Shown here: piece after piece, positions 21,433-33,501 of the stretch
Position numbering within the stretch: position 1 is the first letter of the stretch
Layout of the letters: each line of letters begins with the position of its first letter
DNA from: a candidate division FCPU426 bacterium
Lineage (GTDB): Bacteria > Oederibacteriota > Muellerivitia > Muellerivitales > Muellerivitaceae
Direction of reading: 5' to 3'
DNA: 64,000 nucleotides
Assembly (NCBI GenBank): GCA_963771075.1
Contig: CAVYSE010000028.1
Span: 366,234-430,233 of the forward strand
Notes under the pieces: model-generated
Database searches by the model: none
What the model was told of the DNA's origin: nothing
The model's input: only the letters and a program-made list of their open reading frames with translations
Made by a program: the position numbers and the translations under genes

Positions 21433-22177
21433 ATTTCCAGGAGAGGTTCAGTTGACCAGGACCCGCCGAGAGTGAAACATCCTTGGGGGCGTAGACCACC
21501 GCGTTGCCGATGAGGATGCCGAAAGTCGCGCCCGCGAATACATCGGAAAGGTAATGATAGTAGCCTTCCACCCGGGCCAAGCCCTCCAGGGTCCCCAAGA
21601 GATAGGCCGTGGCGCCCGCTTCCCATCCCCAATATTTCGTGACTACCGGCGCGAAACAAAAGGACGTGATGGAATGGCCCGATGGAAAAGAATAGGTGTT
21701 CCCCCCGCTGGGGCGCACCCTCTGGATGGTATATTTGAATCCTGCGGCAACCACCGCGTCCAAAGCCAAGGCTTCCATGGTGTCCCTTCCGAATTCCTGT
21801 AGCCTTAAATCGTCAGTCAAGGCTCCCAAACCCCACCCCCCCAAGCCCAAGCCCCCCTCGACCCAGCCCTCCCCGTAAAAATCGCCGAAATCAAAGAGGG
21901 GCTGGATATTCCAGTTTTGGAGGTCCGAGGCCAGGCTATTTTGGCCGTCCAGGGTGGCCCAGTCCACGGCAGTGGCCACGCTGCCGACGGCAAGGGGGGC
22001 TATGTTTTCGGTGATAAAGAAATGGGGAAGATCATCGAGAATTTTGGAGGGAAAATGAACCAGACTCACATCGGAATCAGGGGAAAGGGAATTTTCATCC
22101 GCCAGGGCTATTCCCCCGCTTAAACATTCCGCGAACAGGATGAGGATAAAAATGAATCGAACAAGGCCTTTTAACAA
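21425..22177 (-). CDS. PAP2-family phosphatase
   Basis: KYTIQRVRP, SFPSGH and ARVEGYYHYLSDV motifs. Confidence 0.88.
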   Translation of the reverse strand: MLKGLVRFIFILILFAECLSGGIALADENSLSPDSDVSLVHFPSKILDDLPHFFITENIAPLAVGSVATAVDWATLDGQNSLASDLQNWNIQPLFDFGDFYGEGWVEGGLGLGGWGLGALTDDLRLQEFGRDTMEALALDAVVAAGFKYTIQRVRPSGGNTYSFPSGHSITSFCFAPVVTKYWGWEAGATAYLLGTLEGLARVEGYYHYLSDVFAGATFGILIGNAVVYAPKDVSLSAGPGQLNLSWKFN

Positions 22178-22671
22178 ACCTCTTCTTCCGTCTCATCTTC
22201 TTGGGGGTACTTGTCGTACAACCAGACACCGACCAGGATACCGCCAACGGTAGCGATGGCCATCAGTTTTCCCTCGCCGATCTGGGTCAGGGCCGTTCCG
22301 GGGCAGGCCCCCGAGAGCGCCCAACCCACCCCAAAAAGCAACGCGCCGAAAATCCGGCCGGGGGTGAACTTCAAGGGCTTCCAATCCAGGGGTTTTCCCT
22401 GAATGGTGGGTTTCTTGATCCATTGGAACAACAGCAATCCGAGGGCCACAACGAATATGGCCATTCCGATCACACCCCACAATTGCGGGCTTTTGAACCG
22501 GAACATGTCCATCATGGCGTCGAAATCGGTGGCTTGGGACTTGGAGAGAAAATAGCCGAACAGGAGCCCGAATCCTCCCAAGATGAGGGGATTGGACCCG
22601 GATTGGGAGGAGGCGGAAGTTTTCTTGCGGGCTGGTCTTTTCAGCGTGGATAAGTTCTTACGGATAGCCAT
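22171..22671 (-). CDS. YeeE/YedE-family sulfur-compound transport membrane protein (second half-size subunit)
   Basis: GALLFGVGWALSGACPG motif. Confidence 0.85.
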   Translation of the reverse strand: MAIRKNLSTLKRPARKKTSASSQSGSNPLILGGFGLLFGYFLSKSQATDFDAMMDMFRFKSPQLWGVIGMAIFVVALGLLLFQWIKKPTIQGKPLDWKPLKFTPGRIFGALLFGVGWALSGACPGTALTQIGEGKLMAIATVGGILVGVWLYDKYPQEDETEEEVC

Positions 22672-22672
22672 A

Positions 22673-23152
22673 TTAATTCACCCCAAAAAATTTAAAGATC
22701 AGGTGGGCCGTCAGGATGCCCGCCGTCAAAAACCCCAAGGTCGCCAAAATCGACATTTTGCTTCCCATGGGAATACCCATGATGCTGTTGCCGCTCACGC
22801 AGCCCCCCGCCCAACGGGCTCCGTAACCCACCAAAAGACCGCCGATAAAGAGCCAAATAAAGGTTGGGAAAAAACCGCCCATGGTTAAGGAGTCCAATTG
22901 GCCAAAGAGGAAGGTCCAGGACCAATGGCCGATGGTGGCCAGGGCACCTCCCAAAGGAAGACCCAATATGAAAAAGAATTTCCAACCCGGTTTGGATTTT
23001 TCCCTGGTGACCAGGGAGCAGGCGTCCATCACCCCCCCTGTCACGCCCAATTTCTTTCCCATGAACCAGGCCAACCCCAGGGCGGTCAAACCAATGCCCA
23101 AACCTCCAGCCCACCAGGACCAGGTTTGAAAAAATAGAACCCTTGAAAGCAT
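22673..23152 (-). CDS. YeeE/YedE-family sulfur-compound transport membrane protein (first half-size subunit)
   Basis: GGLLVGYGARWAGGCVSG motif. Confidence 0.85.
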   Translation of the reverse strand: MLSRVLFFQTWSWWAGGLGIGLTALGLAWFMGKKLGVTGGVMDACSLVTREKSKPGWKFFFILGLPLGGALATIGHWSWTFLFGQLDSLTMGGFFPTFIWLFIGGLLVGYGARWAGGCVSGNSIMGIPMGSKMSILATLGFLTAGILTAHLIFKFFGVN

Positions 23153-23278
23153 CGGAACCTCCCTTATCGTTTTGACGCCGCCTATTGTAACTTAGCGTTT
23201 TTTTAGAACTTCAAAAAAAGTCATAGGCCATGTAACTGGTCAACTAATTTGGTGGCGGTTGAAACCTCTTTGTGTCCC

Positions 23279-24193
23279 TTAATAGGCCTCAAAATGACCG
23301 AATTTTCGTCCGGTCAGCCGTTCAAAGGCTTCCACATATTTCTCGCGCGTTTTTTGCACGATTTCCTCCGGTAATGGGGGCCCGGGAGGAGTCTTGTTCC
23401 AATCCTTCAGCGTTTCAAGGTAATCCCGGACGAATTGCTTGTCATAGCTTTTTTGAACGACCCCTTCCCGATAGTCCGCCTTGGGCCAGAACCGGGACGA
23501 ATCGGGGGTCATGACCTCATCAATCAGGATTAATTTACCATCCAATAGGCCAAACTCAAACTTCGTGTCCGCAATGATGATGCCCTTGGCGTCGGCGAGA
23601 TCCCGGCCCTTCTTGTAAATGGAAAGGCTGGCTTCCTTTACCTTTTCGGCAAGGGGCGAATCTTTCAGGATGCTTTTCATTTCCTCGAAGGAGATGTTGA
23701 GGTCGTGGCCCTGTTCGGCCTTCGTGGAGGGGGTGAAGATGGGCTCGGCGATTCGGGAGGATTCCATCAGCCCTTTGGGAAGTTCAATACCGCAAACCTT
23801 ACCGGTTTTTTGGTATTCCTTCAAACCCGAACCCGTTAAATAACCCCGAACGATGCATTCGGCCGGAAGGGGCGAGGCTTTTTTCACGATCATGGAACGG
23901 TGGACTAATTGGTCCTGCGCCTTACGGAAAGGTTCGGGAAGGGTGGAGATATCGGTTGAGATCACGTGATTGGGCAGGATTCCCTCGACCTGCTTGAACC
24001 AATAAAGGGATATTTGATTCAAGACCACGCCCTTATCGGGAATGCCGTTGGGCATGATGACATCAAACGCCGAAATGCGGTCCGTCACCACGATCAGGAG
24101 CTTATCGCCCAGATCATAAATATCCCTCACCTTGCCGCGTTTGGGAGCGGGCGCGCCGGGGATGTTTGTCTGAAGAACGGGATTTTTACTCAT
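23279..24193 (-). CDS. purC: SAICAR synthetase
   Basis: [22 protein letters not shown] and TPDSSRFW motifs. Confidence 0.97.
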   Translation of the reverse strand: MSKNPVLQTNIPGAPAPKRGKVRDIYDLGDKLLIVVTDRISAFDVIMPNGIPDKGVVLNQISLYWFKQVEGILPNHVISTDISTLPEPFRKAQDQLVHRSMIVKKASPLPAECIVRGYLTGSGLKEYQKTGKVCGIELPKGLMESSRIAEPIFTPSTKAEQGHDLNISFEEMKSILKDSPLAEKVKEASLSIYKKGRDLADAKGIIIADTKFEFGLLDGKLILIDEVMTPDSSRFWPKADYREGVVQKSYDKQFVRDYLETLKDWNKTPPGPPLPEEIVQKTREKYVEAFERLTGRKFGHFEAY

Positions 24194-24213
24194 CTATTTT
24201 CCATTTCCCCCCA

Positions 24214-25475
<1,262 letters not shown>

Positions 25476-25546
25476 TGGGTTCCTTTGGTTAACCTAAAAT
25501 CGACAATATATTAGATGAAATAAGCCCCAAAAACACCGACTTTTTA

Positions 25547-26687
25547 TTATAACCCCGCTGCGGCGTGGGGTAGGCGCCCGGGAGCGAAAGGCTCGAGCGA
25601 TAAATCGGTTTTTTCGTTGTTAAGCGCCTGGGCCATCAAGCGGCCTGTCACAGCTGATTGTAATAGCCCATGGGTAAAGTGCCCTGTCGCCAACCAGGCC
25701 CCCTCCGTTCCCGGAAGCCGGCCAAGATAGGGCCAACCGTCCACCGAACCCGTCCTTAATCCCGACCAACAGCGTTCGATTTTTTCGGGCCCTAAGTGGG
25801 GGTAAAACCGTTGGGCCCCATTTTTTAATTTTTCCATCCCCTCGGGCGTATTGATTTTCTCAAATCCGGCTTCTTCCAATGTGCTTCCCAAAAATAGACG
25901 GCCATCCCGCCGGGGAACCATATAGACAAAGGCTTTCCCAATGCCGGTAAAAAGGATATGCCTTGCCTTTCCGGGTTCATCCTGGAATAAAACCGCTTGC
26001 CCCCGGATGGGTTGGGTCGGAGTGGAAAATCCAAGCCGCTCGCAAAGCGATGCCGTCCAGGGGCCCGCGGTCAGCACCACTTGATCGGCTTCCACATCTT
26101 CGCCGGGTTGTTCTTACCCCGACGACCTTTCTTCCATGGAGAATAAAATCCTCCACCGGTTCCTGATCCCTCAAGATCGCACCGTTTTTTCCAAGAAAAG
26201 CCAGAAGCGCTTGGCCTAAACGGGGGGGCAAAATCTGGCTTGTTCCTTCCACGAAAAAAGCCGATTGTAAATCGCCCGAAAGACCCGGCTCCCGGCTCAA
26301 TACCTCTCGGGGGGAAAGCCATTGGCCCTTTACGCCGAAGCCCTCCATCGCCTTTTCCATGAATCGGATGGAAGCTTCTTCCTCGCCACCAAAAGCCAGG
26401 TCCAAACTGCCGGATCGTATAAATTCCGGGTCTATCCCTGTGTCCTTCCTTAATTTCTCGCACCAGCTTGGGAAAAGATCGAAGGAACTTTTGCAAAAGT
26501 GGAAAAAATCCGCGTCCACCCTGGAAGCGCTGCGCAGGTCCAGAAAACCCGCTCCTGCCCAGGAAGCCTCGCGGTAGAAATGGGACTTTTCCAGCAAGAT
26601 CGGTTGAATTCCCAACTCCAACAAGCGATAGGCGATGGAAAGTCCGATTACCCCGCCCCCCACAATCACGATCCTATTGGATATCAT
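25547..26687 (-). CDS. thiO: Glycine oxidase ThiO-like FAD oxidoreductase (frameshift near 26100)
   Basis: IVGGGVIG and ASWAGAG in the first part; PIRGQ, WSGLR and ATGHF in the second part. Confidence 0.8.
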
Positions 26688-26761
26688 CTTGTTCGCCTTC
26701 TGAATACCAGGGAAGAAGTCATGGTTTTCACTCGGAATATCAAAAAATTACGCCAATATGC

Positions 26762-26795
26762 AAAAAAGCCTTCTCCGCCAAGGAGAAGGCTTTTT
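26762..26795. terminator. Intrinsic terminator hairpin
   Basis: AAAAAAGCCTTCTCC-GCCAA-GGAGAAGGCTTTTT, just downstream of the 26813 gene. Confidence 0.8.
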
Positions 26796-26812
26796 AAACC
26801 AAGACAACGCTT

Positions 26813-27514
26813 TTATTTACCGGAAGGCATCGGAAGTTCGGGAGTCACCACAGGCGTTACGACAGCGGTCGTAACCGCGGAAACAACCGGTGTATTCACG
26901 GCATCCAGGGGAGGAATCGCGACGGAAGCATCCGACGCGGGAGGAAGAGTGGTCGATGGGGAGGTCGATGACGTCATGTTAGCCGTGGCCGCACCCGGAG
27001 CCGGTACAAAAGCATAGGGTCGGAGTGCCAAAAAATACCAACGGTTATCCCTAAGGGCTAAAGCAGCGTAAATATGGAATGAACGGTTGGCCGCATCCGT
27101 TCCGTCCGCATTTTTCAATCCGGAGATGGTCGCGGTACAATCCACCAGGGCAAAGTTAAGGATAAAGCGGAATTTAAAATCATCGAACGTTTGGGTGGAA
27201 CCTTTCATCATTTGTACGTCCGCTCCCACCAGCTTTTCAATATCCCCCCGATTCCAAGCATCCTGCCCGAATGGGTTGATCAGAGAACCATCCTTGACCC
27301 AAAAGGCGGCCAATGGCTTCGGGTCCCCGGCGGTCCAAGCTTGGGAAAAATCCGTGAATGTTTTTTTAATTCCCGCTTCGTCGTTCGTGGACTTTGCATT
27401 CGCTTTGACCGATTTCGAAGCGGAAGCCTTAGGTTCCGATACACCCTGTTGCGCCATGGACAGGTTCAAAGGCACCATTAACAGGAAAGAAAATAAAACT
27501 AAAAACTTGTTCAT
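26813..27514 (-). CDS. Secreted NTF2-like (SnoaL/DUF4440-type) protein with a Pro/Thr-rich tail
   Basis: Signal peptide; AWTAGDPKPLAAFWVKDGSLINPFG pattern. Confidence 0.7.
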   Translation of the reverse strand: MNKFLVLFSFLLMVPLNLSMAQQGVSEPKASASKSVKANAKSTNDEAGIKKTFTDFSQAWTAGDPKPLAAFWVKDGSLINPFGQDAWNRGDIEKLVGADVQMMKGSTQTFDDFKFRFILNFALVDCTATISGLKNADGTDAANRSFHIYAALALRDNRWYFLALRPYAFVPAPGAATANMTSSTSPSTTLPPASDASVAIPPLDAVNTPVVSAVTTAVVTPVVTPELPMPSGK

Positions 27515-27752
27515 GGACGACTCCTTCAATTCATTTTTAATAGGCCCGAGTGGATGAATAATGGCCCGAAGAAGGCGTCATTATGCCCAGGCCCCGGAAA
27601 AAGGGTCAATCAATGGCAACAAAACCAAACAAAAAATTACATGTTGGTATAAAAAAGCGCTTACAAGGTAAACGATTTTCCTTAACATATTCACAAACAA
27701 GGTTTAACATTAAACTTAGGTAGAACTCTAAATCTAGTCAATCAGGTTCTTT

Positions 27753-28037
27753 ATGGAACAGCCCATGCGCATCCATGAAATGCTTGATTCCTGTCTGACC
27801 ACAGAAATCCTTTCAACGATCGATTCTTCCCTTTACCGCTGGTTCGACCTATTGAGAACCGACGAATCCAAATTTTTGCGCCACCGGAAAATACAGATTG
27901 AGTTACTTGAAAAAATTGGGAACCAATTGGAAAAAGATTTGAAGGGCCCTCTACAGGGACAAGATCTTATCGAGGTAGGGCGAAGGGTCGATGATTTCCT
28001 CAGAGGCAAGGGTTACCACATAAAATCTTTCTTATAA
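27753..28037 (+). CDS. Hypothetical protein
   Basis: 94-aa ORF filling an intergenic gap. Confidence 0.5.
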   Translation: MEQPMRIHEMLDSCLTTEILSTIDSSLYRWFDLLRTDESKFLRHRKIQIELLEKIGNQLEKDLKGPLQGQDLIEVGRRVDDFLRGKGYHIKSFL

Positions 28038-28134
28038 TTCGCCGGATGTTTCTATCGTTGAACGCTTCCCAGCCGAACCCTTTCTAAAAAAGAAAAGGCC
28101 TAAATGATCGGGGTTCATATTTTTTTTGAAATGA

Positions 28135-29346
28135 TCAATTACTAAATTGGGCCTTGACCGCGAGGATGCGCTCAATGTTGTTGTTGAAGGCCTGGAGGAC
28201 ATTGGGATCAAAATGACGCCCGGTTCCCTCCCGGATGATCCGCAGGGACTCCTCCAGGGAAAAAGCCGGTTTATAGCAGCGCTTGGTCGTAAGCGCGTCA
28301 AACACATCGGCCAGTGCCACGATCCGACCGTTCAAGGGGATCGCTTCCCCCTTCAAGCCACGGGGATAACCGGACCCATCCCACTTCTCATGGTGGGTCA
28401 TGGCGATTTCCTCCGAAACTTTCAACAATTCCGCCTTGGCGTTTTCCAAAATTTTTCCGCCGAAGACCGTGTGGTTCTGCATCTCCTTGAATTCCGCCGG
28501 GGTCAATTTTCCAGGCTTCATGAGGATTGAATCAGGGACGCCTAATTTCCCGATGTCATGCATGGGGGAAGCATAACGGATGCTTTCCACTTCGTGGGCG
28601 GAAAGCCCCAAACCCTCGGCCAGGATCGCCGAATAGCGGCTCATCCGGTGGATATGTACCGCCGTGTCGTCATCCTTGTATTCCGCCGCCACGGACAGGC
28701 GGAAGATGGTATCCAGGTAGGCTTCCTTAAGTTCCTGGGTTAGCAAGGCGTTCTTGATGGCGATGGCGGCCTGGCTGGCCAGGGAAAGGACCAGGTTCTC
28801 AAAATGTTTCTCGAAGGGGACGATCTGCTTACCCTTGCGGGCGTTGATCAGCTGCAAAACACCCACCACATTGCTGGAAGCGTCCTTCATCGGCACGATC
28901 AGCATGCTCTTTGTGCGGTAATTATTCTTCTCGTCGAAGGATCGGTTGAACCGGTATTCCTTGTTGGCCGGAATCTTATAGGCGTCCGTCAGGTTCAAAA
29001 CTTTTGCGGTGACCCCGACATAACCCGCGAGAGAACTTTTGTCGAGGGACACATAAAAGCCGGTGAAGGTGGAGGGAACCACTTCCAGGGTTTTCTTTTG
29101 GGCCTTGGCTTCGGCTTTTTTGCGGGCTTCCAGCACATCGTTCTGGCTGACCGAAAAACGGAGCTGGTTCCCCTCCCGCACGTACAAACTTCCCGCCTCG
29201 GCATTGGTGAATTGTCGGCTCTCAGTGAGGATCAGCGTCAAGAGTTGATTAAGATCCTGCTCCCGGGAAAGAGCGATTCCTATACGGTTGAGGGACATCA
29301 ATTGCTCGTGAAGACCGAGGACACTGACCTTGGATTTTGGGGACAT
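28135..29346 (-). CDS. GAF + HD-GYP cyclic dinucleotide phosphodiesterase
   Basis: YRTKSMLIVPM GAF signature; HDIGK, HHEKWDGSGYP and ADVFDAL motifs. Confidence 0.93.
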   Translation of the reverse strand: MSPKSKVSVLGLHEQLMSLNRIGIALSREQDLNQLLTLILTESRQFTNAEAGSLYVREGNQLRFSVSQNDVLEARKKAEAKAQKKTLEVVPSTFTGFYVSLDKSSLAGYVGVTAKVLNLTDAYKIPANKEYRFNRSFDEKNNYRTKSMLIVPMKDASSNVVGVLQLINARKGKQIVPFEKHFENLVLSLASQAAIAIKNALLTQELKEAYLDTIFRLSVAAEYKDDDTAVHIHRMSRYSAILAEGLGLSAHEVESIRYASPMHDIGKLGVPDSILMKPGKLTPAEFKEMQNHTVFGGKILENAKAELLKVSEEIAMTHHEKWDGSGYPRGLKGEAIPLNGRIVALADVFDALTTKRCYKPAFSLEESLRIIREGTGRHFDPNVLQAFNNNIERILAVKAQFSN

Positions 29347-29557
29347 AAAAACCTTTCAAGGGTTAAGAAGGTGTTGTGTCGTTAAAATAACCGCACTCCA
29401 TCAAATATACAAGGGCAGGGGGCCCCTTATGGCCGGGTGAAATATCTTTTTAAAACACCATTTTCTAATGGGATTTTAACCTAGGTCATTTTTTCATTTG
29501 GAGCCTTACAGCACTTCCCCTTGGCCGAGGCCCTGCTTTGGGTGCGGCGATTACATA

Positions 29558-29744
29558 GAAGAACGAATCATAAATTCGTCCTAGGTTTAATTCTGACTTT
29601 CCCCCTTTGAAAAAGGGGGGAGAGGGGGGTATTAGCTGTTTCCGATGCAGTACGACAAGGCTAACTCCCCCTTGGTCCCCCTCTTTCAGAGGGGGGAAAA
29701 ATCATGCAACCTAAAACCCGGAACGGACTTATGATCCGGTCTAC
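29558..29744. repeat. Nested ~187-bp palindrome (REPIN/MITE-like)
   Basis: Outer imperfect inverted arms enclose two mutually inverted C-run/G-run hairpins. Confidence 0.7.
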
Positions 29745-29810
29745 TTAGGGGAACCGGCCCACCTGCCGGGAGCCCTCCAGACGAGCAGCGGGACTTGGTT
29801 GTGCCGGTTC

Positions 29811-30218
29811 CTAATGGGAACCGGCTGGAGGAATATCCACAAGCCTGTATCGGACGGTTTTTCCCGCCCCCAGCCGTTCAATCCGCCTTTGGCCCAACAG
29901 ATGCGGGAGCAAATAGGGGTTAAAGAACTTTGGTTTTGTCGTCAACCGGTTCAGGTTATAGGTCAGGCTGCTACGGGCCATGCCCAGTTCTTGGGCCAGT
30001 TCGCCCGGGGTCACCTCCCCCCGTTTTTCGATGCAGGCGATAATCCTTTCCAAATCCCCTAGGCTATCGTGGTGTTCTTTTCTTCCCTTTTTCCTGTTTT
30101 TGTAAGCCTCGGTCAGGGGGATAGGGGGGGATGGGGCCGATTGGGCCCGGGGTGATTCATTCTTCTCCAAACCAAAAATATTCCTCAGAAAACCCTTCAT
30201 AGGCGATTGTTCAACCAT
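29811..30218 (-). CDS. Small winged-helix-turn-helix DNA-binding protein
   Basis: GEVTPGELAQELGMARSSLTYNLNRL followed by IERLGAGKTVRYRL wing; GGGAGG RBS. Confidence 0.75.
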   Translation of the reverse strand: MVEQSPMKGFLRNIFGLEKNESPRAQSAPSPPIPLTEAYKNRKKGRKEHHDSLGDLERIIACIEKRGEVTPGELAQELGMARSSLTYNLNRLTTKPKFFNPYLLPHLLGQRRIERLGAGKTVRYRLVDIPPAGSH

Positions 30219-30256
30219 TGGATACCTCCCAAATTATTGGCTCAAAATCCTATTTT

Positions 30257-30597
30257 CCGCCAATTCTTCTTCGCAGTGGAAAAAATTGGCAGAAAGGACG
30301 GTAGGTCCGTTTTCCCAGTAAAATAAATTGGTAATTAGGCGTTATCCCGGTAAATTTAATTGGCAGGTAGGCCATTCCCGGTAAATAAAATTGGCAGAAA
30401 GGCGGTTTTTCAGTGGCAGGTACCGGTTACCCGAGAAATTAAATTGGCAGAAAGCGCAAAAAGTCCGGTCTCCCGTGTAATTAAATTGGGAAAAAGGCAG
30501 TCGGGGCTTGGTCTTTAGCAACAAAAATTGGCAGGAAGACAGTCCCTGGTTAAAAAAATTGGCAGGTTGCGGACAATCAAAGGCGGGTTTTGCCAAT
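30257..30597. repeat. Helically phased direct-repeat array, consensus about CCCGGTAAAWTAAATTGGCAG
   Basis: A(T/G)TGG cores start at 30285, 30327, 30359, 30390, 30412, 30443, 30485, 30527 and 30558; partial inverted copies at both ends. Confidence 0.85.
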
Positions 30598-33454
30598 CTC
30601 ATAGACTTTCAAGACTTCATCCCCATAGTGGTTGATGACTTTATGGCGATCTTCCCGGTTTGCCATTTTCAGGTTGGGGGATATCAAAAGGCCGGCTTTC
30701 GGTCTTATAGAGCGCCGACCAGGCGGATTCATCAATTTCAGCCCGTAAGGCCCGCTTGAGCTTGTCATAGGGTTCCTCGGCGCCGGTGAAGTAGGCGTGG
30801 CGCACGAAAAAGCTTTCGCCGTTGTAGTTGGTGTCGAGGAACCAGCAGGCGATATCGTCGGTCTTGTTGCTTCGCACGTCCCCGGTGGTGGGGTCATAAA
30901 CGTCCACCCCCTTGATCTTGACCGTCAGCTTGCCGTCCTTGGTTTTCTTGATATCCACATCCGGTTCCCCGAAGACCATGAACAGGTTCCCGGAACCGGT
31001 TTTCTTGAGCAATTCGTCGCCCATGGCCAGGTCGGGGTTCATGCGGGCTAAGAGGATAGGCAGTTTCCCGAATTGTTTGGCCTCTTCCGCCACGGCGAAA
31101 TCGTCGGCTTTTTGCTTGTCCGGTATGAATTCCTTCACCGTTTCCCCGGCATGGGCGTCATAGGCAAAACCCAACACCACCAAAAGGTCAAACCCCGCGC
31201 CTTTCATGGCCTCCTTGGCGGCTTCTTTGACTTGTTCTGGCCCCACGGTGCCATGTTCCGGCCCAATGGAAACCGCCACCCGGCGGGTTCCACCTTTTTT
31301 ATCAGTGTATTCGCCGATGGCGTGTATCCAAACACCCGCGAAGGGTTCTAACCGGTCAAACTTAATGCCTTCGTTTTTATGGGTGCTTTTAACCCCGGCT
31401 TTTCGGAGGTTATCGAGGATCGTGGTTTCGAACTGCCCCACCACCGCCTGTTTCTTGCCATCCACTTCAGAAACCGGCCTGGATTCGTCGGTGGATAACA
31501 CCCGATGGGGTGAAAGGCTTTCTACCGTGAAGGGGCCGGTGACCCGAACCCGCTTGTTGTCTTCGTAAGGTTGGTCGTAGAGGTATTCGTAATCGCCGTG
31601 TTTGGAAATGGATTCGTCCATTTCCTTTTGCCGTTCCTGCCGCAAGGCCCACCATTCTTCCAACAGCTTTTTGGCCTTGTCGGACCAGTCTGATTCCGCT
31701 TCTCGTGGAACTTCCCATTCTTCCCACTTTTGCTTGAGGGCCTTATTCAAGGATTCCAAGACAGGTACCAGCTTTTCCTTCCATTTGTTGTGAATTGTGT
31801 CGATCTCTTCGTTGTTGGCGATGGATTTGAGGGTGATGTGTGGCACGCGTTTATAGACGAACCCTTTTTTGATATCACTATCTGATTTTGGAAGGGGCAT
31901 TGATGGTGTTTTGTTGGTAACTTCGGCTTCTTTCATTATTCCAGTGTCAGAATCAGTAAGTAAGTAGTAAGGAAACTTAGCGGCCATAAGTCGTGTGCGT
32001 GCTAAGGCTAATGCCACACGCGATGTATCTGTTGTTATCCATCGTCTTCCCCATTGTTCGGCCACATAAGCAGTTGTCCCAGAACCGCACGTAGGATCAA
32101 ACACAAGATCTCCTGGATCAGTCGCCATAAGAATACAAGTTTCAATAATTTTTGGGCTTGTTTGAACTACATAAGTTTTTTCGTAGGAGATGGCAGTTGT
32201 TAACCAAAAATTCGTTAGTTTTTTATAAGGGAAATCAGCGAATTCCAAACGATAGCTTAAACTTTTCCCCTCTTCTTGAAGCCTATTTGCACATACCAAA
32301 CGGTCTAATTTTTGTTTATCGACTATCCAAGCCCCTCTACTTGGTGGGTTGAATTTTTCATTCCTAAAAGAATATTGAAAGTCAGTTTGTTCACTATACG
32401 AAGGCGCTATTACCGAAAATAATCGGTAATACTTTGTTCCCTTCGAATGCAGCTTATTTTTAAAATCCGAAGGGTCAATTTTCTCCCATTCTTCATTTGG
32501 GTATAAAGCGTATGGACCATGAGAACTAATTTGCGAAACATCGTTCTCTTCAAATAATTGTTTATACTTAAGCATCTGTTTGTTCTTTGCATAAAACAAT
32601 ATATGGTCATGCATTGTTTCTAAGTATTTAGCGCCGAGTGGTAATGTCTTTTTCCTGAAAATTATATTTGCAATAAAATTTTCGCTTCCAAAAACCTCAT
32701 CAAGTAAATTACAAACCAAGTGGTTATTTTCAGAGTTAATCTGGACAAAAATACTGCCTGATTCGGTTAATAAATCTCGGCTCTCTATAAATCGATCTCT
32801 TAAGTAGCTCAAATATGAATGAATCCCTTTTTCCCAAGTATCCCGGAATGCTTTTATTTGTTCAGGTTGTCTGGTTGCATCCTCAGCACGATCCTTAAGA
32901 TCATTTTTTCTTGTTGAAACCTGCCAATTCGAACCAAATTTAATACCATAGGGCGGATCCATGTAGATCATTTGGACCTTGCCCTTGAGCCCTTCCTTCT
33001 CCGCCAACGAATTCATCACGAGTAACGAATCACCCAAGATCATCCGGTTCGCCCATTTCACGTCATGCTGGTAGAAATCGATCATTTCCTCGAACTTGAT
33101 GCCGTTGAAATCTCCGAAAAGGTCGGCTTGGGATTCGGGCGCGTCCTTCTTTGCCTGCTTGCGGATATCCTCGATGATGTAACGGGGGTGGATTTTTTCC
33201 TGGATATAAACGGGAACGGCCGGAACCTTGAGCGGTTCCCTGTCCTGCTCGTCCTTTCCCTTCCAAACCAATTGCGGGTCCAGCGACGGGTCGCGGGCGT
33301 AAAGCAGGCCGGGGTATTCGATCGTTTTGGGCTTGTTCTCGTCCGCCTTGACGAAATCCCGCAGTTCCTCGGTGGGTATGTTCGCCCGCCGGTCCTTGTG
33401 CTTCAGGTTCTCGACTGGGATTTTGTTCTTTCCACTGCCCTTTTTAGGCGGCAT
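30577..33454 (-). CDS. mod: Type III R-M DNA methyltransferase (Mod)
   Basis: DPQLVWKGK, DPPY and DPTCGSGTT motifs. The conserved tail KVINHYGDEVLKVY lies out of frame at 30577-30650 because of an indel. Confidence 0.92.
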
Positions 33455-33501
33455 AAGAAGTCCTTGCTGTTAAAAAATTTGAATCTTTATGGCCATCCCT
33501 A

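Noticed and set aside
30257..30597. CRISPR array interpretation of the repeats
   Set aside because: Repeats are degenerate, the period is 22-42 bp, gaps are too short for spacers, and no cas genes are adjacent.
30342..30602. 86-aa ORF across the repeat array
   Set aside because: Repeat units fall in different frames (ANF/CQF), so the repetition is at DNA level. The ORF is probably incidental.
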